Shown here: one piece after another, positions 29,371-38,698 of the stretch
How positions within the stretch are numbered: the stretch's first letter is position 1
Layout: each line of letters opens with the position of its first letter
DNA from: an uncultured Spartobacteria bacterium
GTDB lineage: Bacteria; Verrucomicrobiota; Verrucomicrobiia; Chthoniobacterales; UBA6821
Assembly: GCA_903868795.1 (NCBI GenBank)
Contig: CAIPWR010000108.1
Coordinates: forward strand, 5,589 to 69,588
Length of the DNA stretch: 64,000 nt
Direction of reading: 5' to 3'
Made by a program: the position numbers and the translations under genes
The notes under the pieces: generated by a model
What the model saw: the letters and a program-made list of their open reading frames with translations, nothing else
What the model was told of the DNA's origin: nothing
The model's database searches: none

Positions 29371-30042
29371 TCAAAGCTTACAGAAGCCGCTGTCTCCTTT
29401 CGAATTCTGGAGAAAGCCCTTGATCTGAAAGTCGGAACCAGCGGCGGAGGGTAGATCTTTCGAACTCGCTATGGATGTCCCAATTATCAAGACACGATCG
29501 GATATTTTTCGATTTTCTTCCCAAATGTGTTTACGGATAAAAAGTTGTATCGACTTCTTTTGATAGAGACCCAGGGCATTTTGAGTGAAGGAATTACTTT
29601 CATCGTAATACTCTAAGCCGTAGATGAAATCCAAAACAATCACACCGATTGCGCTCGGGTTTTCAAAATAGCGGATCCAGTCCCCGTAGTCGATGAAGCC
29701 TGGGCCGATTACTAAAACTGCAAATGTAGTAGACGGGTCTTCCTTCAAGAGGTCATTGAATTCACCTTCAGGGCGATTATTTGCTCTCTGACCTATGTCA
29801 ACCAAGTTGATGTAGTTACGATTTTGCCCAAATCTTTCAGGAGCATCCGAAAGTCCCAACTCACACGCCATTTCAGAACAAAACTCTTTTATAAAAAAAG
29901 ACTTACCAGCGCCAGTATCTCCCATCACCAAAACCGAGTGAGGACCCTTTCCCTCCATTTGTGCTTTGAAAGCACTCCGAAGTGTTGTTTTGAATTCATT
30001 AGGAGTCCAGGAGGGAAATCCGTTGTTTATTGGCTTTGTGTT
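29371..30042 (-). CDS. P-loop NTPase of unknown family
   Basis: Walker A motif VMGDTGAGKSFF. Start taken at MNTKPINN (30042). Low-GC gene. Confidence 0.6.
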   Translation of the reverse strand, partial: NTKPINNGFPSWTPNEFKTTLRSAFKAQMEGKGPHSVLVMGDTGAGKSFFIKEFCSEMACELGLSDAPERFGQNRNYINLVDIGQRANNRPEGEFNDLLKEDPSTTFAVLVIGPGFIDYGDWIRYFENPSAIGVIVLDFIYGLEYYDESNSFTQNALGLYQKKSIQLFIRKHIWEENRKISDRVLIIGTSIASSKDLPSAAGSDFQIKGFLQNSKGDSGFCKL

Positions 30043-30065
30043 CATTGCTAATGAATGAGTTGAAA

Positions 30066-30272
30066 TCACGCATATGATCCATCCCATTCTCTCTTTTTTA
30101 GAGTAGGATGGGTTGGGCATTTGTAGCATTTGTGCAAGCCCTTGGCCTCTCGACATTTTAGGCAAAATCGATGGTCTTCAGGACAATACCAGTATTTGCC
30201 ACCAAGGAAATCATCGCAAACATCACATTTTCTAAAAGCCTCCTCAATTGTTAAAAACCCAAGCGGATTCAT
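30066..30272 (-). CDS. 68-aa zinc-binding protein with C3HC4 (RING-HC-like) cysteine/histidine spacing
   Basis: C16-x2-C19-x10-C30-x3-H34-x2-C37-x2-C40-x8-C49-x2-C52, read directly from the translation. Confidence 0.55.
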   Translation of the reverse strand: MNPLGFLTIEEAFRKCDVCDDFLGGKYWYCPEDHRFCLKCREAKGLHKCYKCPTHPTLKKREWDGSYA

Positions 30273-30306
30273 GATTGTTTGGTTTTTAGATTTGGTTTTG
30301 TTTTTA

Positions 30307-31107
30307 TTACGAATTAAATAATCCTATCAGTTTCTTTAGTTCTCGATCCAGCACCGAACCTGCCGTGTAGTCGGCTGGGGAGATCAGGTTGACGCGGCCT
30401 TCTTCGAGTAGCAGCTTGGCCTTCTTTTTTGCGGCTGATCCGGGCTTGTGGACGGCGACGGAGTAGCCGCCCATGTTTTTCACGAGGCTCATGCAGGGGA
30501 CATCGGTCTCCCCGTCACCGATAAAGATCATCCTCTCGAAGGGAATGGGGCGTTTTTCCATTGGCTTGTAGGCGTTGATCCCGGCTGTGTCCCAGACATC
30601 CAGGCATCCCTTGTTGATGCGGAAGAGGAACTGCGTCTTCGTCGTGTAGTTCACGGCCATGGAGGGCCACTTTGCGATGCCGTTCTGGTCATACAGGAAC
30701 GACGAGGCATAGATGGTCTTGAACTCTTTCCCGATTTTGCACCCCTCGATCATCTCCTTGATTCCTGAGGAGATAATGTAGTGCTCGAGCTTCACCCCCT
30801 TGCTCTTGGCAAAGCGGTTCATCCTGCCGAACCAAGTCTCCACGCCCGGGAAGAAATCAATATCCCTTCCATGGTTCTGGAAGGACTTGCGTGTTAGCTC
30901 CACCCCGTTCTGCATCCCGGCCTCGCGGACCATTAAAAACATATAACAAAGGATCGGGTCCGCGTTCTGGGTCTTTGCCAGATCCAGAGCCATCTTCCAG
31001 AACTGCTTTGGCTTCACCCCAAGCTGCGGAATATACCCGTACTCCTGCATGTAGCGGGGACAGAGAGTCCCGTCGAAGTCGTAGCAGAGGGCAACAGTGC
31101 CTTTCAT
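30307..31107 (-). CDS. HAD-superfamily hydrolase
   Basis: CYDFDGTL (motif I) and IGDGETDVPCM (motif IV). Confidence 0.8.
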   Translation of the reverse strand: MKGTVALCYDFDGTLCPRYMQEYGYIPQLGVKPKQFWKMALDLAKTQNADPILCYMFLMVREAGMQNGVELTRKSFQNHGRDIDFFPGVETWFGRMNRFAKSKGVKLEHYIISSGIKEMIEGCKIGKEFKTIYASSFLYDQNGIAKWPSMAVNYTTKTQFLFRINKGCLDVWDTAGINAYKPMEKRPIPFERMIFIGDGETDVPCMSLVKNMGGYSVAVHKPGSAAKKKAKLLLEEGRVNLISPADYTAGSVLDRELKKLIGLFNS

Positions 31108-31165
31108 TGCTGAAGATCTAACCGATACATCTTTCGTGCGACAAACGAAAAGACCTGCCTCAAGA

Positions 31166-31558
31166 TCAAAACAGTCCCTGAAGGCCCTGAAGGCGGATGA
31201 GGGTACTAGTCAGGATCAGGGCCAGCGGTGTTCGGGCTTCTCGTTTCGCTGGCGGATACGGTACCAGAGGTGGTGGCATTCGAAGCAATGGAAAATCAAC
31301 GTCTTCCTTTTTGGTGATGCGCCCCCGAGATGCTGTCGGTTTCCGGCGACGCTTTTTCCCTTCCAGAGCTGCATTCTTTTCGGTCCATCCCTCCTCTCGG
31401 ACATAATCACTGACTTTCCTCACCTCCTCCTCGGTGATCTTCCATCCGTCATGGCGGCGCACGCCGATCACCTTCTCTGGGGTAATCACGAAGGCATACT
31501 CCATCCCGTTCAGGGTGAGGCGGACTTGCCCTTCGGCAGCGTGTTTGAAGGTGTTCAT
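31166..31558 (-). CDS. hypothetical protein with a basic tail
   Basis: 130-aa ORF. The N-terminal 60 aa look globular and the rest is Lys/Arg/Pro-rich. Confidence 0.45.
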   Translation of the reverse strand: MNTFKHAAEGQVRLTLNGMEYAFVITPEKVIGVRRHDGWKITEEEVRKVSDYVREEGWTEKNAALEGKKRRRKPTASRGRITKKEDVDFPLLRMPPPLVPYPPAKREARTPLALILTSTLIRLQGLQGLF

Positions 31559-31587
31559 CTGGATAAATCGATTCGGCAGATTAATCT

Positions 31588-32403
31588 CTAGGCTGCCTTG
31601 CGTTCCTCCCCTTCGTTTCCCTGCTCGGTTGTGGGCACATCACTTTGAGAGGTCGGAGAGACGGGGGAAATCCCGGCGTCGGGATCCTGAGGCTTTTGAA
31701 GTGGTTGTTCAGGAGCGCTCTGGAGGGCTTCCGATTGGGATAAGGGCTTCTGGGTTCCCTTGCGGTTCGACTTTTTCTTTGTAGGGGCAGGGGTGCTGCC
31801 GCTGTCGACTGATGTAGGAGTTGCTTGGGCTTTTGTTTTTCCAGAGCTCTTCGCTTTGGAGCCGGCATCCTTGGAAACCTTCCTACCTTTTTTGGTAGGT
31901 TCCTCGACATGGGCGGCATGGTAGTCCAGTTCTGCGAGATAGACGGCATCCTCAGGAGTCGTTCCTGCGTAAAGAACCTGCATCAGTGCTGGGTAGTAGC
32001 GGTCAGCTGTTCCAAGGGCGGTTCCAAAAAGGCGACGGATCATCCCATCCTCCAGCTTGCCCTCGGGCATCACATGGGATGCATGGAAGCGAACTTCCCC
32101 ATCCTTCCAGTCCATCTCGAAGTTCCCGACAACGAGACCGTAATTGGCACGGGTGATGAACTCCGCGGCAATGGCACGAAAGGGTTCCTTCACCATCACG
32201 GGGTACTCGATGAAGATCTGAAGAACGTCGCCGGTCTTGTCGAAGTTGAAGCGACACTTCTGCACGGCATTGCCCGAGTTCATGGAGAACCAAATACGGC
32301 GCTCCTCGCGTTTGCAACTGTAGCGGATGCCAACTGCCTCAAAATGGTCGAGCAGGGCTTGGAAGGGATCGCCGTAGATGGGGTTATGGTTTTCGTCGTT
32401 CAT
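31588..32403 (-). CDS. YbjN-like (T3SS-chaperone-fold) protein with disordered Lys-rich/acidic tail (copy 1)
   Basis: FITRANYGLVVGNFEMDWKDGEVRFH and YAGTTPEDAVYLAELD. Paralogous to 41936..42682. Confidence 0.65.
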   Translation of the reverse strand: MNDENHNPIYGDPFQALLDHFEAVGIRYSCKREERRIWFSMNSGNAVQKCRFNFDKTGDVLQIFIEYPVMVKEPFRAIAAEFITRANYGLVVGNFEMDWKDGEVRFHASHVMPEGKLEDGMIRRLFGTALGTADRYYPALMQVLYAGTTPEDAVYLAELDYHAAHVEEPTKKGRKVSKDAGSKAKSSGKTKAQATPTSVDSGSTPAPTKKKSNRKGTQKPLSQSEALQSAPEQPLQKPQDPDAGISPVSPTSQSDVPTTEQGNEGEERKAA

Positions 32404-32525
32404 GGGTGTTTTCGGGGTTGGGGAATTGGTTATGGGTTATTGGGAAATCCGGGGGCGGGACAAAGATCCGCGTGTGTCATGAATTCATCTTGGATGGGGC
32501 TGGTGTCAGCATCTGTCGTGACGTT

Positions 32526-33380
32526 TCAATTCATCGCATATCCCGTCTCAGCGAGTTCCCCGAGGCACTTCGGGCAGAGGGCCATTCTCCATGATCGGCC
32601 ACACTCCTTCCGCCAGGTCCAATTGGGACTGTTCAGTGAGGCCCGCACCGCCCTGACCGGTCCATCGATTGGGCAGAGGAATGGGGCCTCTTTCGTGGCT
32701 TGGGTATCCGGGAAATCAAAGAAGCGTCGTGCATAGAGACCCTCAAGGAGGGGATCTCTCCCCTTGTGGAGTGGATGATGCAGGCTTGCCGCAAAATCCC
32801 AGAAGGGTTGGTCCCCCCGGCTTCCAGCATGGCGGATCTCGATCCCCCCGATGGAGTAACACCAGTGTGAGCGTCCTGGCTTGGAGAGCGCTTTACGAAA
32901 ACCGAAAAAGCACTCTTTGAAGAGCCGGCGCACATGGTTTGAGGAGAGCCGTTGCTTCACTGTGTATCCGTCTGGTATCGGGTTGCGCTCGCTTTCGGGC
33001 AAATAGATCCACTCCTCCGTCTTCCCTCGCGGGCCACACTGGAGGATGTAGTCGGCTTCATGGGAGCGCTCCAGAAGGGCAGCAAGGAAAAGAAAATCCT
33101 TGGTATGAGAAAGCTTGCTTCCCCATTGCGGTGCGAGTTGCGTTTCGGAAGGGATCTCACACGGAGTGTATTTTGCATGAAACTCCTCATCCATCGGTTC
33201 TAGAAGGGAAAGATCCGCCAATTCTTTTAGGCGTTGTTCCCTGCTTTCGTTAGCGCAACGGATGTTCTCCAACTTGTCCTCCACAATCCGTTCATCACGC
33301 AGTTTCAAAAAATGGGCGCGTTCCTCCTCATCGAGGTCATCCATTGCGAGGATCGCATCGTAGGCGTTTTCGTATTCCAT
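32526..33380 (-). CDS. hypothetical protein with C-terminal Cys pair
   Basis: 284-aa ORF lying 12 nt downstream of the AAA+ gene. The C-terminal CPKCLGE suggests a zinc-binding knuckle. Confidence 0.5.
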   Translation of the reverse strand: MEYENAYDAILAMDDLDEEERAHFLKLRDERIVEDKLENIRCANESREQRLKELADLSLLEPMDEEFHAKYTPCEIPSETQLAPQWGSKLSHTKDFLFLAALLERSHEADYILQCGPRGKTEEWIYLPESERNPIPDGYTVKQRLSSNHVRRLFKECFFGFRKALSKPGRSHWCYSIGGIEIRHAGSRGDQPFWDFAASLHHPLHKGRDPLLEGLYARRFFDFPDTQATKEAPFLCPIDGPVRAVRASLNSPNWTWRKECGRSWRMALCPKCLGELAETGYAMN

Positions 33381-33392
33381 GGTGATTGGTGT

Positions 33393-34502
33393 TCAGGCGG
33401 CAAAGCCGAGAATCTTGCTTTCGGAGGAGTTTGTTCCCTCCTGCTCATTGAAAATCTCCGCAAGGGAGTAATCCTCCGGCCCTCCAGGTAGAGAGAGTCC
33501 ATGGTGGGCTGCGAGGCGGCGGGCGTCGGTGCGGGAGAGGCGTCCGAAGTGACGGCGTGCCATGAGGCGTCCGGGTCGAAGCAGGGCGTCGTCGAGATCG
33601 GAAGCGCGACAATTCACCGTCGCGATGATCTGCAGGCGGAGGAAGTCGGCCAACATTCCGTCCGAGTAGTTTAGGACAACCTGCACAAGCGAGCGGTTAT
33701 CATTGGCACGGGCCATGAGTGCCTGCTCGGCATCCTCGATGATCAGCGCGAGTTTTTTGTCCTGATGGAGTTCCCTCTGACGGGCCCAGAATGAGATGAA
33801 GTCACTATCGACCAAGCAGCCGATCTCATGAGGAGCGATATAATAGAAGCAATGAGTCTTCGCGTGCTGGGACACCAGATGCCTTAGGAAGGTCGTCTTC
33901 CCGGTTCCAGGAGGTCCCTCCAGAATCGTCAAGCCAGACGGTTTGTCCTCAAAACGATGCATAAAATCCGCATGCCAGCCGTTGAAATCCTCGCCATAGA
34001 GGAGTGATAATTCCTGCGCATCGGGCACCTTGACACCCTCCAGTGGGACGGTCTCCGTCCCGATACATCCGCAGGAACGTTCAATCAGATAGTAGCATGG
34101 CTTGATAGGCTTAACCAAGGACCACGCCATTTTGTAAAGCCGCCGTGCGAGCTTAGCCGTCGACTTCCAGTCGCGACCATAGGCACGGATGGTCGAGCGA
34201 TAGCAGGTGGCGAACATGCCGCTTCGGGTTCGTAGGATAAGAGCTTGGGCGGTGAAAACTCCCTTGCAGTCCCACTCCGAATCGGTACGCAGGAGTTTCT
34301 TTTCAAGACGCTTGCCGAGGGCCTTGAGATCGTATTTGGGAGGAGTGACCTCGACGCGGTGCAGGGGGCCGCTGCCCAGCTCCTCCATGAGACAAAGCGG
34401 AAGTCCCCCACCCTCCTCCATATAAACGGGAACCATGGTGAGTGGAAAGGTTTGCTGCGGAGCGGGCATCAGTGGCTTCTGGTTGAAATCGAAGGTTTCC
34501 AT
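33393..34502 (-). CDS. BCS1-like classic-clade AAA+ ATPase (paralog 2)
   Basis: Walker A GPPGTGKTTF, Walker B LIIEDAEQAL, and ATVNCRASDLDDALLRPGRL. The C-terminus is KILGFAA. Confidence 0.85.
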   Translation of the reverse strand: METFDFNQKPLMPAPQQTFPLTMVPVYMEEGGGLPLCLMEELGSGPLHRVEVTPPKYDLKALGKRLEKKLLRTDSEWDCKGVFTAQALILRTRSGMFATCYRSTIRAYGRDWKSTAKLARRLYKMAWSLVKPIKPCYYLIERSCGCIGTETVPLEGVKVPDAQELSLLYGEDFNGWHADFMHRFEDKPSGLTILEGPPGTGKTTFLRHLVSQHAKTHCFYYIAPHEIGCLVDSDFISFWARQRELHQDKKLALIIEDAEQALMARANDNRSLVQVVLNYSDGMLADFLRLQIIATVNCRASDLDDALLRPGRLMARRHFGRLSRTDARRLAAHHGLSLPGGPEDYSLAEIFNEQEGTNSSESKILGFAA

Positions 34503-34554
34503 GAGTTGTGTGTAAGAGTTGGTTTGATATGCCGGACAGGGTCAGCGTGCAGGC

Positions 34555-35052
34555 TTATCGATGGACGGTGCCGCTATAGGAGCGTCCGCCAGCTGTGGTC
34601 CCCGAAACCGAGTAATTCCCACCGCCGGTGTAGGTGACATTCCCTGATCCGCCCCGATAGGTGCTGTAGCTGGCGCTGCCATTACCATTGTAGGTTCCAC
34701 TGCCGTAGCGGCCGTAGTAGGTCCCGTTCCCGCCACAGTAACCATACGGGCGATAGTAGTTCCCATAGCAACCTCCATAACCGGTATATCCACGATAGCA
34801 CCCGCCCCACCAACCGAAGAATCCGTAGGGTGCATAGCCTCCGTAATATCCGTAGGGATTGTAATAGGTCGCGTAAGGATTTCCGTAATATCCGGGATAA
34901 TAGGTAGTATAAGTAGGCGCAACCCATGGAGTGGTCACCGTGGTTCCATTTGGGTAAGTTATTGTGGCACAGGAGCAAAGTGCTGATGAAATCAGTGTAA
35001 AAAGAATAATGTTATATAAATTAAATGATTTCATTTCTACTATATTAGACAT
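34555..35052 (-). CDS. secreted/lipoprotein-like Gly/Tyr/Cys-rich protein (GY-1)
   Basis: N-terminal signal FTLISSALCSC, followed by an extreme G/Y composition that includes GNYYRPYGYCGG. Confidence 0.65.
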   Translation of the reverse strand: MSNIVEMKSFNLYNIILFTLISSALCSCATITYPNGTTVTTPWVAPTYTTYYPGYYGNPYATYYNPYGYYGGYAPYGFFGWWGGCYRGYTGYGGCYGNYYRPYGYCGGNGTYYGRYGSGTYNGNGSASYSTYRGGSGNVTYTGGGNYSVSGTTAGGRSYSGTVHR

Positions 35053-35138
35053 AGCGATTATTTCTGTTAATTACGAGCTGAAACGCGGAAAGCGTATGAG
35101 ATCGGGATGACATTTCCTGTCGGTTCCAGATGAGGGGA

Positions 35139-36218
35139 TCATGCGGCGAATCCGATGCGGCAGGGTGTAGGTTCCACATCACGGATGGGCTCCGCCGAAA
35201 AGATCTCCGCAAGGGAATAATCAGTGCGCAAAGGGAGCTCCTTCCCGAGCGAACGTGCGAGGCGGTGGCCATCCTGATGGGAAAGGCGACCGAAGGTGCG
35301 TTGGGCGGTCAGGCGACCGGGGCGGAGAAGTGCCTGATCAATATCGGTCGTGGCACAGTTCATGGTCGCGACGATGTGCAACTGGAGGAAATCCGCCAGA
35401 AGGCCATCGGTGACATTCAGGATCGCGGAGACTTCGGAACGATTGTCCATGGCGCGCGGGGCAAGGGCCGCCTCAGCATCCTCCAGAACCATGACGAGCT
35501 TTTTGCCTTCGGCCTCTTGCTTTTGGCCGTTCCAGAAGTCGATGAAATCTGGATTGGAGACGATCCCGACCGTCGAAGGTGGAACGAAGTAGAAGCGGTG
35601 CGAGGTGCGAAGCTCCACCATCAAATGGCGAAGATAGGAGGTCTTTCCGCAGCCTGGAGTCCCGTCAAGGATCGTCAGCCCGTGGGGGCGCTCGGAAAGG
35701 GCCTTGATAAAACCGGTATGCCAATCGAGGAATTCGGAGCCGTAATTGAGCGCCAGCTTCTCCTCGGCGAGACCGAACTCGGCCTTCATCGTGACTGCAA
35801 AGGTGTTGAGATCCCCGCGGCTCACGCGAAGAAGGTGATAGGTGCCGAACTCCGGCGCCTCCTCCTCGTTTGCCACAAGGTAACGTTGCAGGAGACGACC
35901 CAGCAGATGGCATGCACGAAGAGTTGGTCCGTAGACCTTGAGACACCCTTCGTCAAAATGAATGAAGAGCCCGCGATCCGAGCCGAAGATCACATGGAAC
36001 CAATGCTTCTCCTCTCCCATCCCCCCGCTGTCCGAGCGGAGGATGCGTTTGGAGAGATTTTTGGCCATCGAATTGATGTTCCAGCGTGAATCGCGGCAAC
36101 GTAGGCGGAGTCGGTGAAAGTCACGTGTTCCGTAATGTGAGAGAACCGGTTGAGGTGGGTTTTCCCCCGATTCTTCGAAGGCGTAAGAGGTCGAGACGAT
36201 CTGGTTGATGGTATTCAT
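35139..36218 (-). CDS. BCS1-like classic-clade AAA+ ATPase (paralog 1)
   Basis: GTPGCGKTSY, MVLEDAEAAL and ATMNCATTDIDQALLRPGRL. The C-terminus is CRIGFAA. Confidence 0.85.
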   Translation of the reverse strand: MNTINQIVSTSYAFEESGENPPQPVLSHYGTRDFHRLRLRCRDSRWNINSMAKNLSKRILRSDSGGMGEEKHWFHVIFGSDRGLFIHFDEGCLKVYGPTLRACHLLGRLLQRYLVANEEEAPEFGTYHLLRVSRGDLNTFAVTMKAEFGLAEEKLALNYGSEFLDWHTGFIKALSERPHGLTILDGTPGCGKTSYLRHLMVELRTSHRFYFVPPSTVGIVSNPDFIDFWNGQKQEAEGKKLVMVLEDAEAALAPRAMDNRSEVSAILNVTDGLLADFLQLHIVATMNCATTDIDQALLRPGRLTAQRTFGRLSHQDGHRLARSLGKELPLRTDYSLAEIFSAEPIRDVEPTPCRIGFAA

Positions 36219-36274
36219 GGAATGAGTCGAAGGGTCTGGATTGTCAAAAAACTGGTGGATTCCGGTGCGGGGGA

Positions 36275-36673
36275 TCAGTTGATTCCTGCAGCGCGGAGAG
36301 CATTGATGGTTAGGTCACGGGCACCCTCTTCTTCAGGTACAAACTGCTCCACCACCATGCGGATCACCTGCGCCGGGGTGAGGGGACGGAAAACCCGCAG
36401 ACTGCGGCGATGCTCGCGCAGTGCGGACTCCGATTCCTCGTTGGTCGCCGTGGTCCAGATGCTTCCATCCCAAATCTGGATGATGGTTCGCGCAATGTAG
36501 AATCCATGCTCATCCGAGTGGTGCAGCATGCTGTCCACATCGAGGAAGTTTCCCTCCTCATCCTTGTCTAGGAAGAGTGTGGTGATGTAAGTGTCGTTGG
36601 AGGGGTCGTACGTGGGCTTGGATAAGAGCATATGGGTGATTGGCGTGGGGAGTGAATATGAGTTGATTGACAC
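36275..36673 (-). CDS. hypothetical protein (first gene of the minus-strand arm)
   Basis: 132-aa ORF with a GTG start at 36673. No motif recognised. Confidence 0.45.
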   Translation of the reverse strand: MSINSYSLPTPITHMLLSKPTYDPSNDTYITTLFLDKDEEGNFLDVDSMLHHSDEHGFYIARTIIQIWDGSIWTTATNEESESALREHRRSLRVFRPLTPAQVIRMVVEQFVPEEEGARDLTINALRAAGIN

Positions 36674-36694
36674 ATAAACCCTCCTTAATCACCC

Positions 36695-36709
36695 CGACAC
36701 GGAGTGTCG
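36695..36709. promoter_or_regulatory. palindrome CGACAC-gga-GTGTCG (motif site a)
   Basis: Perfect 6-3-6 inverted repeat in the divergent intergenic region. Confidence 0.4.
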
Positions 36710-36736
36710 TTGAAACATCTGCCGTAAATAACAGAC

Positions 36737-36751
36737 CGACACTCCCTGTCG
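36737..36751. promoter_or_regulatory. palindrome CGACA-ctccc-TGTCG (motif site b)
   Basis: 5-5-5 inverted repeat with the same CGACAC..GTCG core. Confidence 0.4.
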
Positions 36752-36962
36752 TTCGCAGGCTTCTTAAGTATCGGCTATGACATCGAACTGTATTACATCT
36801 GATACTGTCGTGATTTTCTCAATTCCAACGTACTCAAAAAGCCGGAAGCCAGGTAGCGGAGGAAAACGTAGGGAGTCATTTTTTCAAACCCTCTTGACCG
36901 GATCCCATTTTATGCAATCTTCCAAAACGATGAATGAACTGTTGACACGCCGAAGGCGAAGA

Positions 36963-36980
36963 CCCGACACAACCGTCGGG
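36963..36980. promoter_or_regulatory. palindrome CCCGAC-acaacc-GTCGGG (motif site c)
   Basis: Ends 14 nt upstream of the ATG at 36995. The 21-mer cccgacacaaccgtcgggacc is identical to the one at 45507. Confidence 0.45.
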
Positions 36981-36994
36981 ACCCTGCGCTTTAG

Positions 36995-37429
36995 ATGTCC
37001 TCTAATTCATTCCCATGTTTACACAGCGATCTAGTTGATCTTGACGAAGCGGCTTCTGGCCGTGTCGCCCACCTTTCGTTGCCGAATTGTCGGTACGAGA
37101 TTCCTCCCTCCCGCAAGAAACGGAACAAGGAGTGGCACCGCTTGCTTAGCTTACGGCGTGCCATGCGCCTTCAAGACCACCTTAGCAAAAAATCGTACTC
37201 CTTTAGCAAACAATGCAACGAGCGCGGGGCATTGGAGTCCGAGATCGACCATATCGAAAAGTTTCTTGAGGCCCACTTCGCCTGGGATCTGCTCGGTGGA
37301 CGTTTCTTTGCCTGCAAGGAACGTGATCTTTCCTTTGAAAAAGTAGCGATCCTGAAGCGTCTGCATTTGCAGGAAATGCGTGAAACAACCCTTGAGCTTT
37401 TTTCTTCGGGCTACCGGAATTTTTGCTGA
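36995..37429 (+). CDS. hypothetical protein (first gene of the plus-strand arm)
   Basis: 144-aa ATG ORF lying 33 nt upstream of AAA+ paralog 3. Confidence 0.45.
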   Translation: MSSNSFPCLHSDLVDLDEAASGRVAHLSLPNCRYEIPPSRKKRNKEWHRLLSLRRAMRLQDHLSKKSYSFSKQCNERGALESEIDHIEKFLEAHFAWDLLGGRFFACKERDLSFEKVAILKRLHLQEMRETTLELFSSGYRNFC

Positions 37430-37462
37430 GCTCCTGTCTTTGGAAAACCTCAATCTCAACCC

Positions 37463-38644
37463 ATGAAAACGCAGAAACCTTCAAACCCTCTTCATCCACT
37501 CACCACGCTCGATCTTAACGCTAACAAGAAAAGTGTTTCTAGAAGCCGTAGCAAGGTCATGATGAACATCGACCTTGCGGATATCGACTCTTGGGGGGCA
37601 GATGCCTGCACTCCTCCTCTTCCTGTCCTTGCCTTTTATGGTGCTGATCCACTTCATCGGTTTGCTTTGCCGCGTGGACGTTTTGATATTGCCCGCCTGA
37701 CGAAACAATTTGCCTCACGAATCGTACGCTCTGACAGTCGTCCCGGAGGAAAATCCGATTCTGAGGATCAGGATGGTTGGAGGAGCGTCCTCTTCCATTT
37801 CAAGGGATTTGGCGCATGGCTGCACTATGAGCACGGCACGATCAGCACCTATGCGGCGACCCGTCGAAAGGCGATGCTCTTGGCTCTGAAGATGGAACGT
37901 TACCATCTCAAGGATAAAGAGACTGGCGGAAGCTTTGAATTGATCTCCCTGGAGAATGGATCGATCGATACCGAGACAGTCACCCTAGGGATGGAAACAA
38001 TCCTTGAAGATCGGATTCTCTCCCTGCATTACGGCGAGGACTTTCCTAAATGGAGTCGCGATTACGAAAGCATAATCACTTCGAAAAAGAGCGGTTTGAG
38101 TATCCTGGATGGGCCTCCCGGCACGGGTAAGAGTTCTTTCATCCGCCACCTGATGGGGAAGTTAAAGAGCTCGCACAGATTCTTTTTTGTTCCCCCGAGC
38201 GTGATCGATGTCGTGAGCAACTCCTCTTTCGTCAGCTTCTGGAGTCGTCAACAGATGAGTCACAAGGGACGCCAGTTCGTTCTTGTGCTGGAGGACTCCG
38301 AAGCTGCATTGATGAAGAGGGCTGCGGACAACCACTCGCTTGTGAGCAGTCTGCTCTCGGTCACCGATGGCCTTCTGGGGGACTTCATGAAGATCCAGGT
38401 AATCTGCACGATCAATTGCAAATACCAGGACATCGATCCTGCTCTTCGTCGTGCGGGACGCTTGGTTGCTCACCGCCACTTCCCTCGACTGAGCTACAGC
38501 AAGGCCTGCTCTCTCGCTGATAAGATCGGTCGTCCCGTTCCGAGCAGGGAGGAATTCTTCGATGGGGACTTCTCCCTCGCCGAGATCTACAACGCCGACG
38601 CCGCTCCCCAGCAGGAGTCGAAAATCATCGGCTTCGCCGCATAA
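37463..38644 (+). CDS. BCS1-like classic-clade AAA+ ATPase (paralog 3)
   Basis: GPPGTGKSSF, LVLEDSEAAL and CTINCKYQDIDPALRRAGRL. The C-terminus is KIIGFAA. Confidence 0.85.
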   Translation: MKTQKPSNPLHPLTTLDLNANKKSVSRSRSKVMMNIDLADIDSWGADACTPPLPVLAFYGADPLHRFALPRGRFDIARLTKQFASRIVRSDSRPGGKSDSEDQDGWRSVLFHFKGFGAWLHYEHGTISTYAATRRKAMLLALKMERYHLKDKETGGSFELISLENGSIDTETVTLGMETILEDRILSLHYGEDFPKWSRDYESIITSKKSGLSILDGPPGTGKSSFIRHLMGKLKSSHRFFFVPPSVIDVVSNSSFVSFWSRQQMSHKGRQFVLVLEDSEAALMKRAADNHSLVSSLLSVTDGLLGDFMKIQVICTINCKYQDIDPALRRAGRLVAHRHFPRLSYSKACSLADKIGRPVPSREEFFDGDFSLAEIYNADAAPQQESKIIGFAA

Positions 38645-38698
38645 TTAACCCGGCGATCAGCGACTCCTCCTGACGCATCTTCCCTATAGAAAAAGGGC

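Noticed and set aside
35130-36089. 319-aa plus-strand ORF antisense to AAA+ paralog 1. Similar long antisense ORFs occur at 39341..40054, 43539..44321, 31825..32736, 52951..53631, 53839..54549, 55961..56896 and 57077..57733.
   Set aside because: In each case the opposite strand carries clear family motifs (Walker A/B, HExxH, SAM-binding, helicase motifs), while the antisense translation is low-complexity or Arg/Gly-rich. These are typical shadow ORFs of GC-rich coding DNA.
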